From Eledone cirrhosa (lineage: Eukaryota), in NCBI GenBank assembly GCA_964016885.1, contig OZ024752.1:34224001-34288000 (forward strand): 64,000 nt of DNA. Reading direction: 5' to 3'. Both the position numbers and the translations under genes were made by a program. Each line of letters starts with the position of its first letter. The stretch's first letter is position 1. Below are positions 39,310-52,376 of the stretch, in pieces. The notes under the pieces are model-generated. The model had not been told where the DNA came from. It did not search any database and saw only the letters and a list, made by a program, of their open reading frames with translations.

Positions 39310-40845
39310 TTGGTAAACATATAAATTGTACTGTTATATGAATTGTATTGGAATAGAAGAGGCTGGAGAGGAGACTGGAGTTGTTAGATTGGTAAACATA
39401 TAAATTGTACTGTTATATGAATTGTACTGGAATAGAAGAGGTTGGAGAGGAGACTGGAGTTGTTAGATTGGTAAACATATATTGTACTGTTATATGAATT
39501 GTATTGGAATAGAAGAGGCTGGAGAGGAGACTGGAGTTGTTAGATTGGTAAACATATAAATTGTACTGTTATATGAATTGTACTGGAATAGAAGAGGCTG
39601 GAGAGGAGACTGGAGTTGTTAGATTGGTAAACATATAAATTGTACTGTTATATGAATTGTACTGGAATAGAAGAGGCTGGAGAGGAGACTGGAGTTGTTA
39701 GATTGGTAAACATATAAATTGTACTGTTATATGAATTGTATTGGAATAGAAGAGGCTGGAGAGGAGACTGGAGTTGTTAGATTGGTAAACATATAAATTG
39801 TACTGTTATATGAATTGTACTGGAATAGAAGAGGCTGGAGAGGAGACTGGAGTTGTTAGATTGGTAAACATATAAATTGTACTGTTATATGAATTGTATT
39901 GGAATAGAAGAGGCTGGAGAGGAGACTGGAGTTGTTAGATTGGTAAACATATAAATTGTACTGTTATATGAATTGTATTGGAATAGAAGAGGCTGGAGTT
40001 GTTAGATTGGTAAACATATAAATTGTACTGTTATATGAATTGTATTGGAATAGAAGAGGCTGGAGAGGAGACTGGAGTTGTTAGATTGGTAAACATATAA
40101 ATTGTACTGTTATATGAATTGTACTGGAATAGAAGAGGCTGGAGAGGAGACTGGAGTTGTTAGATTGGTAAACATATAAATTGTACTGTTATATGAATTG
40201 TACTGGAATAGAAGAGGCTGGAGAGGAGACTGGAGTTGTTAGATTGGTAAACATATAAATTGTACTGTTATATGAATTGTATTGGAATAGAAGAGGCTGG
40301 AGTTGTTAGATTGGTAAACATATAAATTGTACTGTTATATGAATTGTATTGGAATAGAAGAGGCTGGAGAGGAGACTGGAGTTGTTAGATTGGTAAACAT
40401 ATAAATTGTACTGTTATATGAATTGTACTGGAATAGAAGAGGCTGGAGAGGAGACTGGAGTTGTTAGATTGGTAAACATATAAATTGTACTGTTATATGA
40501 ATTGTACTGGAATAGAAGAGGCTGGAGAGGAGACTGGAGTTGTTAGATTGGTAAACATATAAATTGTACTGTTATATGAATTGTATTGGAATAGAAGAGG
40601 CTGGAGAGGAGACTGGAGTTGTTAGATTGGTAAACATATAAATTGTACTGTTATATGAATTGTACTGGAATAGAAGAGGCTGGAGAGGAGACTGGAGTTG
40701 TTAGATTGGTAAACATATAAATTGTACTGTTATATGAATTGTACTGGAATAAAAGAGGCTGGAGTTGTTAGATTGGTAAACATAAATTGTAGTTATATGA
40801 ATTGTACTGGAATAAAAGATGCTGGAGTTGTTAGATTGGTAAATA
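39310..40845. repeat. 79-bp minisatellite (~19 copies)
   Basis: Unit TGGTAAACATATAAATTGTACTGTTATATGAATTGTA(C/T)TGGAATAGAAGAGGCTGGAGAGGAGACTGGAGTTGTTAGAT. Confidence 0.97.
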
Positions 40846-40874
40846 TTGAGTTATATAAAGTGTACTGAAGTGAT

Positions 40875-41270
40875 TGTGCATGGCTTAGTGATTAGAGCAT
40901 TGGGCTTAAAATCATGAGGTTGTGAGTTCGATTCTCGACTGGGCTTTGCGTTGCGTTCTTGAGCAAGACACTTTATTTCCATAATGCTCCAGTTTACTCA
41001 GCTGTAGAAATAAATGAGTTGCGATGTCACTGGTGCCAAGCTGTATCGGCCATTGCCTTTCCCTTGGACAATATTGTTGGCATGGAGATTGGAGACCACA
41101 CGCCCTCAGTCCTGGGGTTAAGTCTATGATGGACTGCTATTCCGTCAAGGTCATTTAATGCCAGTGCATGGGTGACAAATAACCTAGCCCGGACTTGTGC
41201 CTCGGAGGGAAACTTTCTAGGTGCAAATACCATGGTCATTTGTGACCAAAGGGGGTCTTTACCTTACCGT
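40875..41270 (+). mobile_element. tRNA-head SINE, family A3 (second copy 62870-63168)
   Basis: TGGCTTAGTG..AGAGC...GAGTTCGATTC head; shared body GACTTGTGCCTCGGA.GG.AACTTTCTA; ends GGTCTTTACC. Confidence 0.85.
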
Positions 41271-41589
41271 AGTAGAAGAGACTGGGGCTGTTGGAAATTG
41301 TTAGATTGGTAAACACCAGGGCCAGACTTTCACCTGCTGAGGCCCTAAGCTATATTTGTCCACTGATACATGGTCTAAAGTGTAAAGATCACAGAGTTGT
41401 GTGGTGCCAAACATATGTAGAATCCACACTTTTGTAAAACTAATATGTGCAGAAATGAGTACAAGATTTCCATATGGGTGAAGTGGACTCTCACCAAGGG
41501 CCTCATAGTCAGAAATATGTAGATGTATCCATGATATATAACACTAAATATATATATATGTATATATATATGTGTATATATATATGATA

Positions 41590-42112
41590 TTGATGTGTAG
41601 TAGGTTAATACACAAAATATACCAGTGTGTAGTATGTAAATATAGAACATAAACCAGTGTGTAGTTGACAAATAGAGAAAGATACAGAGGTGTGTAATAA
41701 GCAAATAGGGGCTTCACACCAGTGTGTAGTAGGTAAATAAAGACTTCACACCAGTGTGTAGTAGGTAAATAAAGGAAGATATATTAATGTGTAGTAGGTA
41801 AATAAAGACGTCACAACTGTGTGTAGTAGGCAAATAAAGAAAGATATATTGATGTGTAATAGGCAAATAAAGAATATATATCAATGTGTAGTAGGTAAAT
41901 AGAGAATTCATAGCAGTGTGTAGTAGGCAAATAAAGGAAAATATATTAATGTGTAGTAGGTAAATAAAGGAAGATATATCAATGTGTAGTAGGCAAATAG
42001 AGAATTCACACCAGTGTGTAGTAGGTAAATAGACAAGTCAAAGTAAGATATATCAGTGTGTAGTAGGTAAATAAAGACTTCACAGAAGTGTGTAATAGGC
42101 AAATAAAGAAGT
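41590..42112. repeat. Degenerate ~35-bp tandem repeat GTGTAGTAGG(T/C)AAATA
   Basis: Recurrent motif with diverged linkers. Confidence 0.85.
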
Positions 42113-43042
42113 GTCTAAATCTACAGAGAGATATGACAATTACTTAAAGAGTATGATTAGCACGTTACATTGGTAACACTGAACTGACCTATCAACCAAT
42201 TGACGGACTTTTTAGCTTTTAAAAATAAACAATAACAACGACTCCACGAGGTTTTCTATATCTGCTGGAAGTAACAGCTAAATGTCCCTCTAATCACATC
42301 GTAGTATCTTTAAAAAAAAGAAGAAAAAAGAGAGAAACATTCGACAAATTTTAGCCCATGATATACAAACCCCTCTCCACCACCCAGGCCGGATTAAGAT
42401 ATTAAGAGACCCTTAGCACTGTAAAGATTCTAGCCCTCCCTTCCACTTGCTTCTTATGGGCCTTGTCTGCTTTAACTGCAACATTGCCCCATGATCAATT
42501 GTAAATACAGCACTGGAAAAAAAAAACAAAGAAATTATGGGACCCCCCCTCCATTCTTTACTTCAGGCCCTAAAAGCATAAGCTTATTTTGTTTAACAGG
42601 ACTGCCCCCTACTCCACTCCCCCTCCAAAAACAAAACAAAAAAAAACAATAAATACACAAAATAAAACGGCAGGATGGTTATGGCTGGAATGTGTTTTTA
42701 GCATGGGTCTGCTGGATCAGCTTTACCCTAAGGACAACAATGACATACTGTATCCTTATCTGATATCGACTGAGTGAACTGAGAATATGTTTATATCACT
42801 TCAACATATTCAGTGTAAATTGCTATGTATGTTTATATAGAAGCTTGTAATGGCGGTCATATTTGTTATTTTTTTACCTCCAAATAACAAGAGTGCTCAT
42901 ATACTATATCTACTATATCTACCGGCATAAACATTATGTGAATTAAGGATTTCGGTCGTCAATAAGTACATAAACATTATGTTTTGATAACAGTGCATTT
43001 CATTAAATATATAGTTTATAAAAATAAGTGTAAACAGATATA

Positions 43043-43228
43043 TACGAGGGTGGGCTGAACAGTTCATAGGTTGACTATGAAGGAGTGATGCTAGAGCTGT
43101 GAAATCTTGCATGCATTAATTTCAACTCTTCTTACTAATAACTGCATTGTTTCTTTCTTGGGCCCATGTTGAAAAATAAACCTCATTTGGTCATTCCATG
43201 AGAGTATCTTGGTCAGCCAGCCTTCATA
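43043..43228. mobile_element. mariner-derived MITE (second copy 52759-52933)
   Basis: TA-CGAGGGTGGGCTGA start; body GACTATGAAGGAGTGATG...GAGAGTATCTTGGTCAGCC shared with 52759. Confidence 0.7.
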
Positions 43229-43239
43229 AGTGTGCGTGC

Positions 43240-43286
<47 letters not shown>

Positions 43287-43291
<5 letters not shown>

Positions 43292-43419
43292 AAAGAGGGT
43301 GTGGTAAGATACCAGGTGGACCATAACGCACCAGAGTACTCGATACGTGGGGTAGTAGAGTGGCTTAGTTCGGATCTAGCTGTCGAAACGGCCGAAGCTC
43401 AGCCGTCGGGGTCCTGAAT

Positions 43420-43424
<5 letters not shown>
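43287..43424 (-). mobile_element. Family G element: tail on minus strand joined to short arm on plus strand
   Basis: Plus strand GAAA-CGGC-cgaagctca-GCCG-TC-gggg (hammerhead 3' half) at 43385-43411; (TA)n flanks. Confidence 0.72.
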
Positions 43425-43455
<31 letters not shown>

Positions 43456-43921
43456 GCTTGTTTGTAAGAAAAAAAACAAAAAAACGGTCAGCTCAAGACT
43501 GTCGGTGTTTGAGTTTATGTATCGGGGAGGGGCAGTACTGGTGGCGTTCTTAACCTCTCTAAGTAAGAGGCTTCACCAGATAATGTGTGAAGAAAAATAA
43601 AAGATACATAGGGGGGAAAAAACAATGGCAAAATAAATAAGATGTAAATTTAGTAGAGCAAACAAAATATGCGACGACAACCTTTAGTCGAAGAATGAAA
43701 GAAAAAGGGGGAAAAAAATAAAACACGTGTAAATAATTATGAAACAACATTTACATACACACACGTATCATATTTACACAAAGAACGTTTTTCGAGTAGT
43801 GTATTTAAAAATAGACCCGGTCCGCTCTACTTATACGTTAGCTATATATTATATTAATGAAAAAAGTTTTTATAGTCATATATATATATATATATATATT
43901 CCTATATATATATATATATAT

Positions 43922-44113
43922 AGGAAAAGAGTCAAGACTCCGACGGCAGTTTCGACAGCTAGATTCTGAACGCGTTCAGAGCTAGCTGTCGAAATGGCCG
44001 GAGCTCAGCCGTCGGGGGTCTTGACTCTTCCTACTACTCACTCTACTATCCTAAGTATCGAGTAGTCTGGTGCGTTATGGTCCACCTGGTTCCTTACCAC
44101 ACTTCCTTCGTTT
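43922..44113 (+). mobile_element. Family G fold-back element
   Basis: Centre TCTGAAC-GC-GTTCAGA; arms AAGAGTCAAGAC / GTCTTGACTCTT; ~80-nt tail; (TA)n flanks. Confidence 0.8.
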
Positions 44114-44144
44114 ATATATCTATATCTATATATATATATATATA

Positions 44145-44310
44145 TATATTAATAAAAGGAATTCCAACTTTGTCTGATTTACTCGTTTTATTTACAAATT
44201 TATAATGGTATTAGAATGAAATACCATTATAAATTTTAAAGGATTGTATATAAAACGAGTAAATCAGACAAAGTTGGAATTCCTTTTATTAATATAATCT
44301 TCTATACACA
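44145..44310 (+). mobile_element. Fold-back element (~70-bp arms, 44145-44296)
   Basis: TATTAATAAAAGGAATTCCAACTTTGTCTGATTTACTCGTTTTAT and its reverse complement; inner stem AAATTTATAATGGTATT / AATACCATTATAAATTT. Confidence 0.85.
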
Positions 44311-44420
44311 ATCATACACACCCGTGTATATTTATCTATCTTACACGTTTTTATTGTATGTAAACTTCCCCCCTTTGTATTTGTCCCCTTCTTTTGTGCC
44401 CCTGTGGCTAATAAAGAAAC

Positions 44421-44454
<34 letters not shown>

Positions 44455-44474
44455 CTCTCTCTCTCTCTCTCTCC

Positions 44475-46222
44475 TCCCTTCTGTATGTGTTGACTCTCGA
44501 GCCACTACTGCGGAAGTTGGAGTTGTTGCAGGGCATCCCTTTGGAACCGGGATTGCGGAAAGCGGTGTCGGCCTACGCCGATGATGTGACAGTAATGGTG
44601 TCGACGGCCTCCGAAATCGAGGCGGTCGGCACCTTACTGGAGGAGTACGAAAAGTTCACAGGGGCTAAGCTGAACCGGGACAAGTCGATCGGTTTGCAAC
44701 TCGGCACGTGGAGGGGCAGACCGATGCCCTCCGATGGCGTCGTCGGACGCTGGACGGAGGGCCCGGTGAAGTTGCTCGGGGTCTGGTTCGGACCGGACCT
44801 CCAGGTGGAGAAAAACTGGGCGGAGGTTACGAACAGGGTGTTTGCACTGACCCAGAAGTGGGCCAGTTGCAAACTATCCCTGAAAGGTCGGGCGGAGGTG
44901 GCGAACACCTACATAGCGTCCGTCATCTACTACCGCCTGACCGTAGTGCCCTGCCCAAGGGAAACCCTCACCAAGATGGAGCGCGCGCTCTTCCAATTCC
45001 TTTGGAAGAGGCGGGCTCCTATGGTGAGGAGATCCATCTGCTGTCAACACCCTTCGAAAGGAGGGCTGGGGATGCCGTGGCTAATGATGCGTAAACACGC
45101 ATTAAGGCTACGGCACCTCTACGTATTCCTCACCGGACAACCGGTGTGGGCCTCGTTTGTGAGGCGAACCTTTCCCAGACTCGTCTCACTCACCGAGCTG
45201 CAATCCTGGGTCAAGCAAAGACCGAGAAAACTGGGCGCCTGGCACACTGAGTGTGCCCAGGCGCTCACCGCCCTCTGGCAGGCGGATCCGGTTATCAGTG
45301 GAGACTCCACCGCAACATTCTATAGAGGGCTGGTACGCAGCAGGTGCGACGACGCCCTCGGAGAAGCCCTAGACATGGAGGAGGACGAACTGGCCAGCCT
45401 GTTCGGTAGGACATTCAGCCCGGGACCTATGGACAACTTCCAGAAGTCCCTGGCCTGGCAGTGCTACCGAGGGGCTTTACCCGTTCGAGAAAGGCTCTAC
45501 AGACACGGGCGCCCGGGTAGGGACCCCGCCAAAAAGATCTGTCCCAGATGCGTGTGCGACGAGGAAACCGTTGCACACGCATTGGTACACTGCTCGGGCG
45601 TAGCCGATCTGTGGGGCTATGTCGAACAACTGCTGTCAAGGGTGGAACCGATCCGGTTGACCACCGAGTCTATTGTAATGATCAAGCCGCCTCCCCCCTT
45701 CAAAGATGAAGCAGAGGCGGTGTTTCTGTGCGTAATAGCCATGGCGAAAGAGGTTGTATGGTGGACGCGTCTGAAAGGACTGAGGTCAGGCACCTTTCTC
45801 TCTGGCCAACAACTGGTCCGTTTCTTCCGATATCATTTCGGAAGAAGGTTCAGGATGGAGAGAGAGGTGCTGCACCCCAGCCGTTTCTATGAAAGATGGG
45901 TGAAAGTGGCGAGAATGGCCCGTGTGAATGGGCCTTCACTCTACATCAGACTATAGGTGAGGAAGATGAAAGACCAAGGGAGCACCCCTTCTCTGTGCTC
46001 CTGAGGAGAAGGGTTGCACACTTTTTTCGGGGGTGTGTGCGACCCCCCAAGGCGCCTCCTCTCTATTGAGGATTTTGTTAAAAATTTTATTTTTTGTTAT
46101 ATCTTATTTTATTTTTATATTTTGTTATTGCCTCCTCCTTATTGAGGACGCCTTTTTGTGTAAACTCCCCCCTTTGTACTTGTCCCACTTTTGATGCCCT
46201 AGTGGCAAATAAAAGAAATATA
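44475..46222 (+). mobile_element. 5'-truncated L1/Tx1-clade non-LTR retrotransposon (ORF2 C-terminal half plus 3' UTR)
   Basis: GC/CpG-rich island; begins within the RT motif B region (LLYVLTLEPLL); ends AATAAAAGAAATA then TCTA/TA repeats. Confidence 0.93.
44487..45956 (+). CDS. Partial reverse transcriptase plus zf-RVT/CCHC region of LINE ORF2 (no true start; truncated)
   Basis: AYADD catalytic motif, GAKLNRDKS, KLLGVWF, KGGLGMP, CPRC...ETVAHALVHC; 489 codons without a stop. Confidence 0.9.
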   Translation: MLTLEPLLRKLELLQGIPLEPGLRKAVSAYADDVTVMVSTASEIEAVGTLLEEYEKFTGAKLNRDKSIGLQLGTWRGRPMPSDGVVGRWTEGPVKLLGVWFGPDLQVEKNWAEVTNRVFALTQKWASCKLSLKGRAEVANTYIASVIYYRLTVVPCPRETLTKMERALFQFLWKRRAPMVRRSICCQHPSKGGLGMPWLMMRKHALRLRHLYVFLTGQPVWASFVRRTFPRLVSLTELQSWVKQRPRKLGAWHTECAQALTALWQADPVISGDSTATFYRGLVRSRCDDALGEALDMEEDELASLFGRTFSPGPMDNFQKSLAWQCYRGALPVRERLYRHGRPGRDPAKKICPRCVCDEETVAHALVHCSGVADLWGYVEQLLSRVEPIRLTTESIVMIKPPPPFKDEAEAVFLCVIAMAKEVVWWTRLKGLRSGTFLSGQQLVRFFRYHFGRRFRMEREVLHPSRFYERWVKVARMARVNGPSLYIRL

Positions 46223-47714
46223 TCTATCTATATATATATATATATATATATATCATCTAATTCTGTTGTCATTCAAATGCTGTTTTTAATATTATTCATG
46301 TCCCGGGCGTTGAACTAACTAGACAAACATGATGCATGTATGTATATATGTATGGCTGGCAAGAAGTTAAAAAATTTGGTCAATTTAGCGTTAGTGATTA
46401 GTTTCGCTCTCTGCACTCTAAAATGGTCAGAAAAGTTCGATATGCGATAAACATAACATGTACATAAATATTAGCACACATACAAATAGATGTGTTTTGG
46501 TAGTTTGGGGATAAATATATAATTTTTTTTTTGGGGGGGGGGGGGGTTCCACCGCCCGCCCCTGATATATAAATAAATTAAAAGTTGTGTTGTACATGCC
46601 TCACTCGAAGCCTTTAGCGATATGATAATTAGAATCCCAAAATTGCATATAGAAACCAGAAGAGTGCCATATAAAAGATAATTGTTTCTACTTTTGGCAC
46701 AATGCCAGCAATTACCCCAGTACATTACTGGTACTTTATTTTATCGACCTCGTCAGGATGAAAGGGAAAGGATAATAATAAATTTTAATTTAGGCCCAAA
46801 GCCACCAGTTTGATGGGCGGGGAAAGTCGAATGAGTTTATTTTATCGAGCCTTAAAGGACAAAATGCAAAGCTGATTTCTGTGTTATGTGAACTCAGAAT
46901 GGAAAAAGGCCACTATATGCTGCAAAGCACTCTGTCCGACGCTCTACTGATTACAGTTAATCAACCACCCTTATATAAAGATATAATAATTATTTCTATG
47001 GTATGCTGGTATGCACAAGGCGAAATTTACAGACCCAGGCAAAAGTTAGCACGATGTTCATTCATTCTTTTCAGAGTTAAAAAAAAACAACAAAAAAAAA
47101 AAACAGAAATCGTGTGGAGTTGTGTGAACTCATAACTTTTGAGTCGTAGGGACGCCATAGTGATATTCATTGTCTTGAGCACTTTAAAACTTTAAACCCG
47201 GTGGAGCCCATCCTCCTTCTAGATCTGATCACAGCTGATTTCTTCTAGACAAGGAGAGAGAAAGTGATAGAGAGAAAGAGATATAGAGGAAAAATCGAAC
47301 CCCCCAGTACTAGACTGGTATCTTTTTTTTTTTTTTTTTTATCGACCTGGAATGGATGAAAGGCAAAGTTGACCTTGGCGGGATTTGAATTCAGAGAGAA
47401 GAGAGCCGAAATAAATACCAGAAATCATTCTATCTGACGTTCTAGCGACTGCCAATTCGTCACCCACCCCCGACATCAAGTAAAGTTAAGTAGCTTCAAT
47501 TACTTAAGGGGTTCTTAAGGAATATAGAGCACACGCCCCATAGGAGGAGGAGAGAGAGATTTTTTTAACGAATTTGATATATCAAACACGTTTTTATAAT
47601 AAGGGGTGGGTGTATCATATTTTAAGGTGTCGTGGTGGGGCATGAAGTCACCCGCCACAAAAGAAAAGAAAAACAAGAACCACTGCCTTAGAACGTCGAA
47701 CAAAATGCTTACAG

Positions 47715-47926
47715 CAGGCATGTCAGAGTGAGGGCCCCCCGAGGGCTACATGGGTCACATGTGTTGCCTGAGGGCCGCATACGACAACTAATAGCGCACA
47801 TTACAACACATTTTTTTTGTATTACGAAGATAAAACATGCCCGTGCTGTAAAAACCTTTCTGCGGGCCGCAGGTGTGCTTATAAAGGGCCTCATGCGGTC
47901 CGCAATCCGCATGTTTGACATGCCTG
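47715..47926. mobile_element. hAT-type MITE
   Basis: TIR CAGGCATGTCA / TGACATGCCTG; 8-bp TSD GCTTACAG / TCTTACAG. Confidence 0.85.
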
Positions 47927-48647
47927 TCTTACAGTATTTAGCCCTGTCTTTAAATTCGTCTATGTCAAATTTGCTTCTCATCTATCTGGGATTGATAAAA
48001 AGTACCAGTCATGCCTTGGGGTCGATTTATATTCCTATAATATGAATAAGGTTAAGATAGATGTGAATGAGATTACAATAGGAAGTTAAAAAGATAAGAA
48101 AATGGCCGGCGTCTCAATAGAATATATGAATATCTGTCTATTAAGGATTTTATAGTGTGTTTCGTAAGATGGTTGGATAACATCTATGAGCTCGTCTGGG
48201 GATCGAATCGGATCAATTGGAGACGGTTGCTTCTGACAGGACACACAGAGTAACTTTACTCGATAGAGTAGCAAAGAGTCGCTGCAGGTAGAACCGCTTC
48301 TACTACGAATCGAGAGATCACAGTTCCGATACTATGGTCATATGGTTAGAATGTCTCGTGAGGGGGGGGGGAATCACTGGATAGATGTGACGGGCAAAAA
48401 CCAACCAATAGGAGAGCCAGAAGTAGACCCCCCCCCCCCCCGAGCATAATGGTTGGATAAGATGGTCTCGCTAGGGGATGCACTCAGATCAATTGGAAAG
48501 GTGACCTGCAGGAGAGAGTGTCTGAGGACTCTGTCACCCACCATGACTTTCCCGGAAATAAGTGGACGAAGAAGAGTGTCTGTTTAAGTTCTTACAATCG
48601 TTTCGACACAAAGCTTTTTCTTCAAACACATAACTAGACGAATGTAG

Positions 48648-49040
48648 TAATAATTGTTTCTACTTTTTGGCACAAGGCCAGCAATTACCCAGTACATAAC
48701 TGGTACTTTATTTTATCGACCCCGTAAGGATGAAAGGCAAAGTTAACCTCGGCGGGATTTGAACTCAGATCATAAAGGGACATAACTATGCTAGAAAGCA
48801 TGGCGTCCGACCCTCTACCGATACTGCCAATCCACCACCATTTACTACAAATGTAGTAATAATAATAATCGTTTCTACTTTTGGCACAAGGCCAGCAATT
48901 ACCCCAGTACATTACTGGTACTTTATTTTATCGACCCCGTAAGGATGAAAGACAAAGTTGACCTCGGCGGGATTTGAACTCAGAATGGAAAGGGCCGTAA
49001 CTCTATGCGTCAAAGGATGGCGTCCGACCCTCTACCGATA
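48648..49040 (-). mobile_element. Two tandem SINE B copies (more at 38610-38925, 46680-46960, 47290-47460, 52970-53070, 53465-53920, 59965-60150, 61122-61460)
   Basis: Family B core and (AAT)n tail. Confidence 0.85.
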
Positions 49041-49395
49041 CTTAATAAAAATAATGATAAGTATAGTGTGTGTGTGTGTGTATATATCGACAGTCGATCG
49101 ACTTTCGTCAAGTCAGACCGAGGAAACAATGTTTCCATTGGTCTTTCCAATTGCTAATACTATCTATCGGTCGCAACTCCAGGTAGAAGGAGCAACGTGA
49201 AATAAAGTGTCTTGCCCAAGGACATAACGCATCGCCCGGTACAGGAATCAAACTCACAACCTGACGATTGCCAATCCAATTCTCTAACCACTCATCCACA
49301 CGCCTTCACACTCACATATATGGTTTATGTGTGTGTACATATTTGATACAACCTTATAGTTACTTCATACTTGTGTTATATATGTATATATGTAT

Positions 49396-49426
<31 letters not shown>

Positions 49427-49622
49427 AGTTATCCCGGGTTCAGTCGGGAAGGTACTCAATACATAGCAGAGTATAAATGCTTAATATAGAAAAGCTTCTA
49501 CAGGACTAGAGCTGTTTCATTCGTGAGAAATCATCAGGAAGCTGACTGTCCAAGTAAATATGGACCATATTTACTTGGACAGTCAGCCTCTCACGAATGA
49601 AACAGTTCTAGTCCTGTAGAAG

Positions 49623-49625
<3 letters not shown>
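49427..49625 (-). mobile_element. Fold-back element (arms 49492-49563 / 49565-49625) plus ~65-nt tail
   Basis: 1-nt loop; right arm lacks ~11 nt; (TA)n flanks; family fragment at 55584-55630. Confidence 0.9.
49493..49543 (-). ncRNA. Complete type I hammerhead ribozyme motif
   Basis: AGCUUC-CUGAUGA-u-UUC-ucac-GAA-u-GAAA-CAG-cucuaguc-CUG-UA-GAAGCU: 6-bp stem I, canonical core, GUA site. Confidence 0.85.
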
Positions 49626-49668
<43 letters not shown>

Positions 49669-49928
49669 AACAAAAGATGGTTAAAAGAGTTCCATGTATT
49701 TTATTATGCGCATTTCAAAAACAAATATCATCATGCAATAATATTTGTGTTTTCATCAGATAAAATAGGAAGACATGATATGAAGGTTAAAAAACACTTG
49801 TGGATAGTGCAGTTTTAAATCAACATATTTTGTTCTTATATATTATGTATACTCCAGTCCTACAAACTGTAGAGTGCTTCTTATCCGATATCTGCATTGC
49901 TTTTTGTACTACAATAAAACTCACCTCC

Positions 49929-49980
<52 letters not shown>

Positions 49981-50503
49981 TATAGATATACACACACACA
50001 TATATATATATACACACAAACACATATATATATATGAATGAATGAATATATGTACACGAACGTTTGGTTGAGTGGTGTGGTGGAGCAAGAGGCGGCGGCG
50101 GAACACAAGCATTCGATAGTGAGTGAAGGGGAGGGGGGGGGCGGGGTTTACATTATTCCAATTTTGAAACAATGCCTGGAAAAAAAATATCTATGTTACG
50201 TACAATGTAAATTGACTGCCAGGTGAAGAATAAATAAATAAATAAGGTTTACGAACTCAACAATGAATCACATAATAGTACAGGTAAAAATGGGCGGCGG
50301 AGTGGGGGCGTCTGAGTGAAACGATGGAGGGTGAACCCTGTCTGTTGGTATAAAGGAAGAGGGTCGGAGGGGGGGGGGGAAATAAGGAGAAGAAAAAAAT
50401 ATAGAAAAGGGGTAAAAAAAAATAATGGGTACTGATCGGTTAGGGGTTAGGTATCGGATATCGAGTGGTGGTGGTGACAAAGGAGATGTGTCATATATGT
50501 ATG

Positions 50504-50571
<68 letters not shown>

Positions 50572-50689
50572 GGATGTCGCGTAAGATATTGAAGGAAAAA
50601 AAAAACTGGCATTCCGATCTTTAAACAGACGGCTTCAATAATTTCTTCTTCACTGTCGTGGTTTACACTAGAAATAAACTGCTTAGATT

Positions 50690-50730
<41 letters not shown>

Positions 50731-50878
50731 GTAGAGAGAGAGAGGGGTGTATTTATTTATGTATGTGTGTATATATATATATATAGAGAGAGAAAGAGAG
50801 ATAGATAGAGATAACGAGAGATGTATATGTATATATGTGTGTGTATATATATATATATATACATACATAAATAAATAC

Positions 50879-50940
<62 letters not shown>

Positions 50941-51051
50941 GTAGAGAAAGAGAGGGGTGTATTTATTTATGTATGTGTGTATATATATATAGAGAGAGAG
51001 AAAGAGAGATAGATAGAGATAACGAGAGATGTATATGTATATATGTGTGTG

Positions 51052-51091
<40 letters not shown>

Positions 51092-51119
51092 GAGAGAGGG
51101 GTATATTTATTTATGTATG

Positions 51120-51155
<36 letters not shown>

Positions 51156-51197
51156 AAGAGAGATAGATAGATAGAGATAACGAGAGATGTATATGTA

Positions 51198-51250
<53 letters not shown>
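50690..51250. repeat. Compound microsatellite block: three copies of a ~150-200-bp unit plus an inverted piece (50861-50915)
   Basis: GAGAGGGGT(G/A)TATTTATTTATGTATGT...GATAACGAGAGATG three times; ACATACATAAATAAATACACCCCTCTC is its reverse complement. Confidence 0.85.
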
Positions 51251-51254
<4 letters not shown>

Positions 51255-51613
51255 GTACATTTTTACGTCTGTAATAAAGATATCACTGCCGTTATATACT
51301 CACTATATTTAATAATACGTATCAATATATAATAGTGTGCGTAAGAGGAAATATATATATATACACACAAACATATATATGCATGTGTGTGTGTGTGTGC
51401 ATTCTTACACATTGGTATGTATCTTTACAAATGTAACTGTTAGCACTAATTAAACATACATGCACGCGTACACACAACATATATATATAGATATACACAT
51501 ACATGACTACATACATACATATTAAACTTTGGGAGGGTCATGTTGCCAATATATATATCATATTTACACACACATCATTTATTTAGAGAGAGACACACGC
51601 ATGTAGATATATG

Positions 51614-51700
<87 letters not shown>

Positions 51701-52327
51701 ATATTTATGTAGATATTTGTTACTACGGCAGTGACAAGACCAAAGATATTCATTGTTGTACTGCAACAACACTAAAATCTAATATTTTGTCACTGCAACA
51801 ACACTAAAATCTAATATTTTGTCAATAAAAGAATGAGAATTACGGATTACGAATGATTAAGAATGAGAATTACGGATTATTCTAAGGATCCATGTGCGTA
51901 AGCGTGAGGGAAATAGCCAGAGAAAGCCCTAGGCACTGATATCTCAGTAAGAATTCAGACTAATTGTATATCACAATTTAGGCTTCCTAGCAATAGTTAA
52001 TTGTATTTGTTATATGCGTTTATATTTGTGTTTATATTTGTGTTATATATATCGACGACATTATATTTACCGTGACTCGCTTAACTTGTCTAAAATTTAG
52101 GCTTTGAAAATAGATAGAAATACAATATATTTCGTGAAAGTTGCAAGCAACTATATATACACAGTGTACTAATATTTTGACTAAGTCTCCGAAACATACT
52201 TCGAAGTAAATAGGAACTGGAATAATGCTAGCATATGACAAATAAAAAGAATTGAAAGTAACTCCTAAGGGGTTAGAATACATAGCGATATATATATATA
52301 TATGTAGGAGGTGAGTTTTATTGTAGT

Positions 52328-52376
<49 letters not shown>

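Noticed and set aside
44573-45639. Alternative-frame and antisense ORFs inside the LINE
   Set aside because: Shadow ORFs of a GC-rich coding frame
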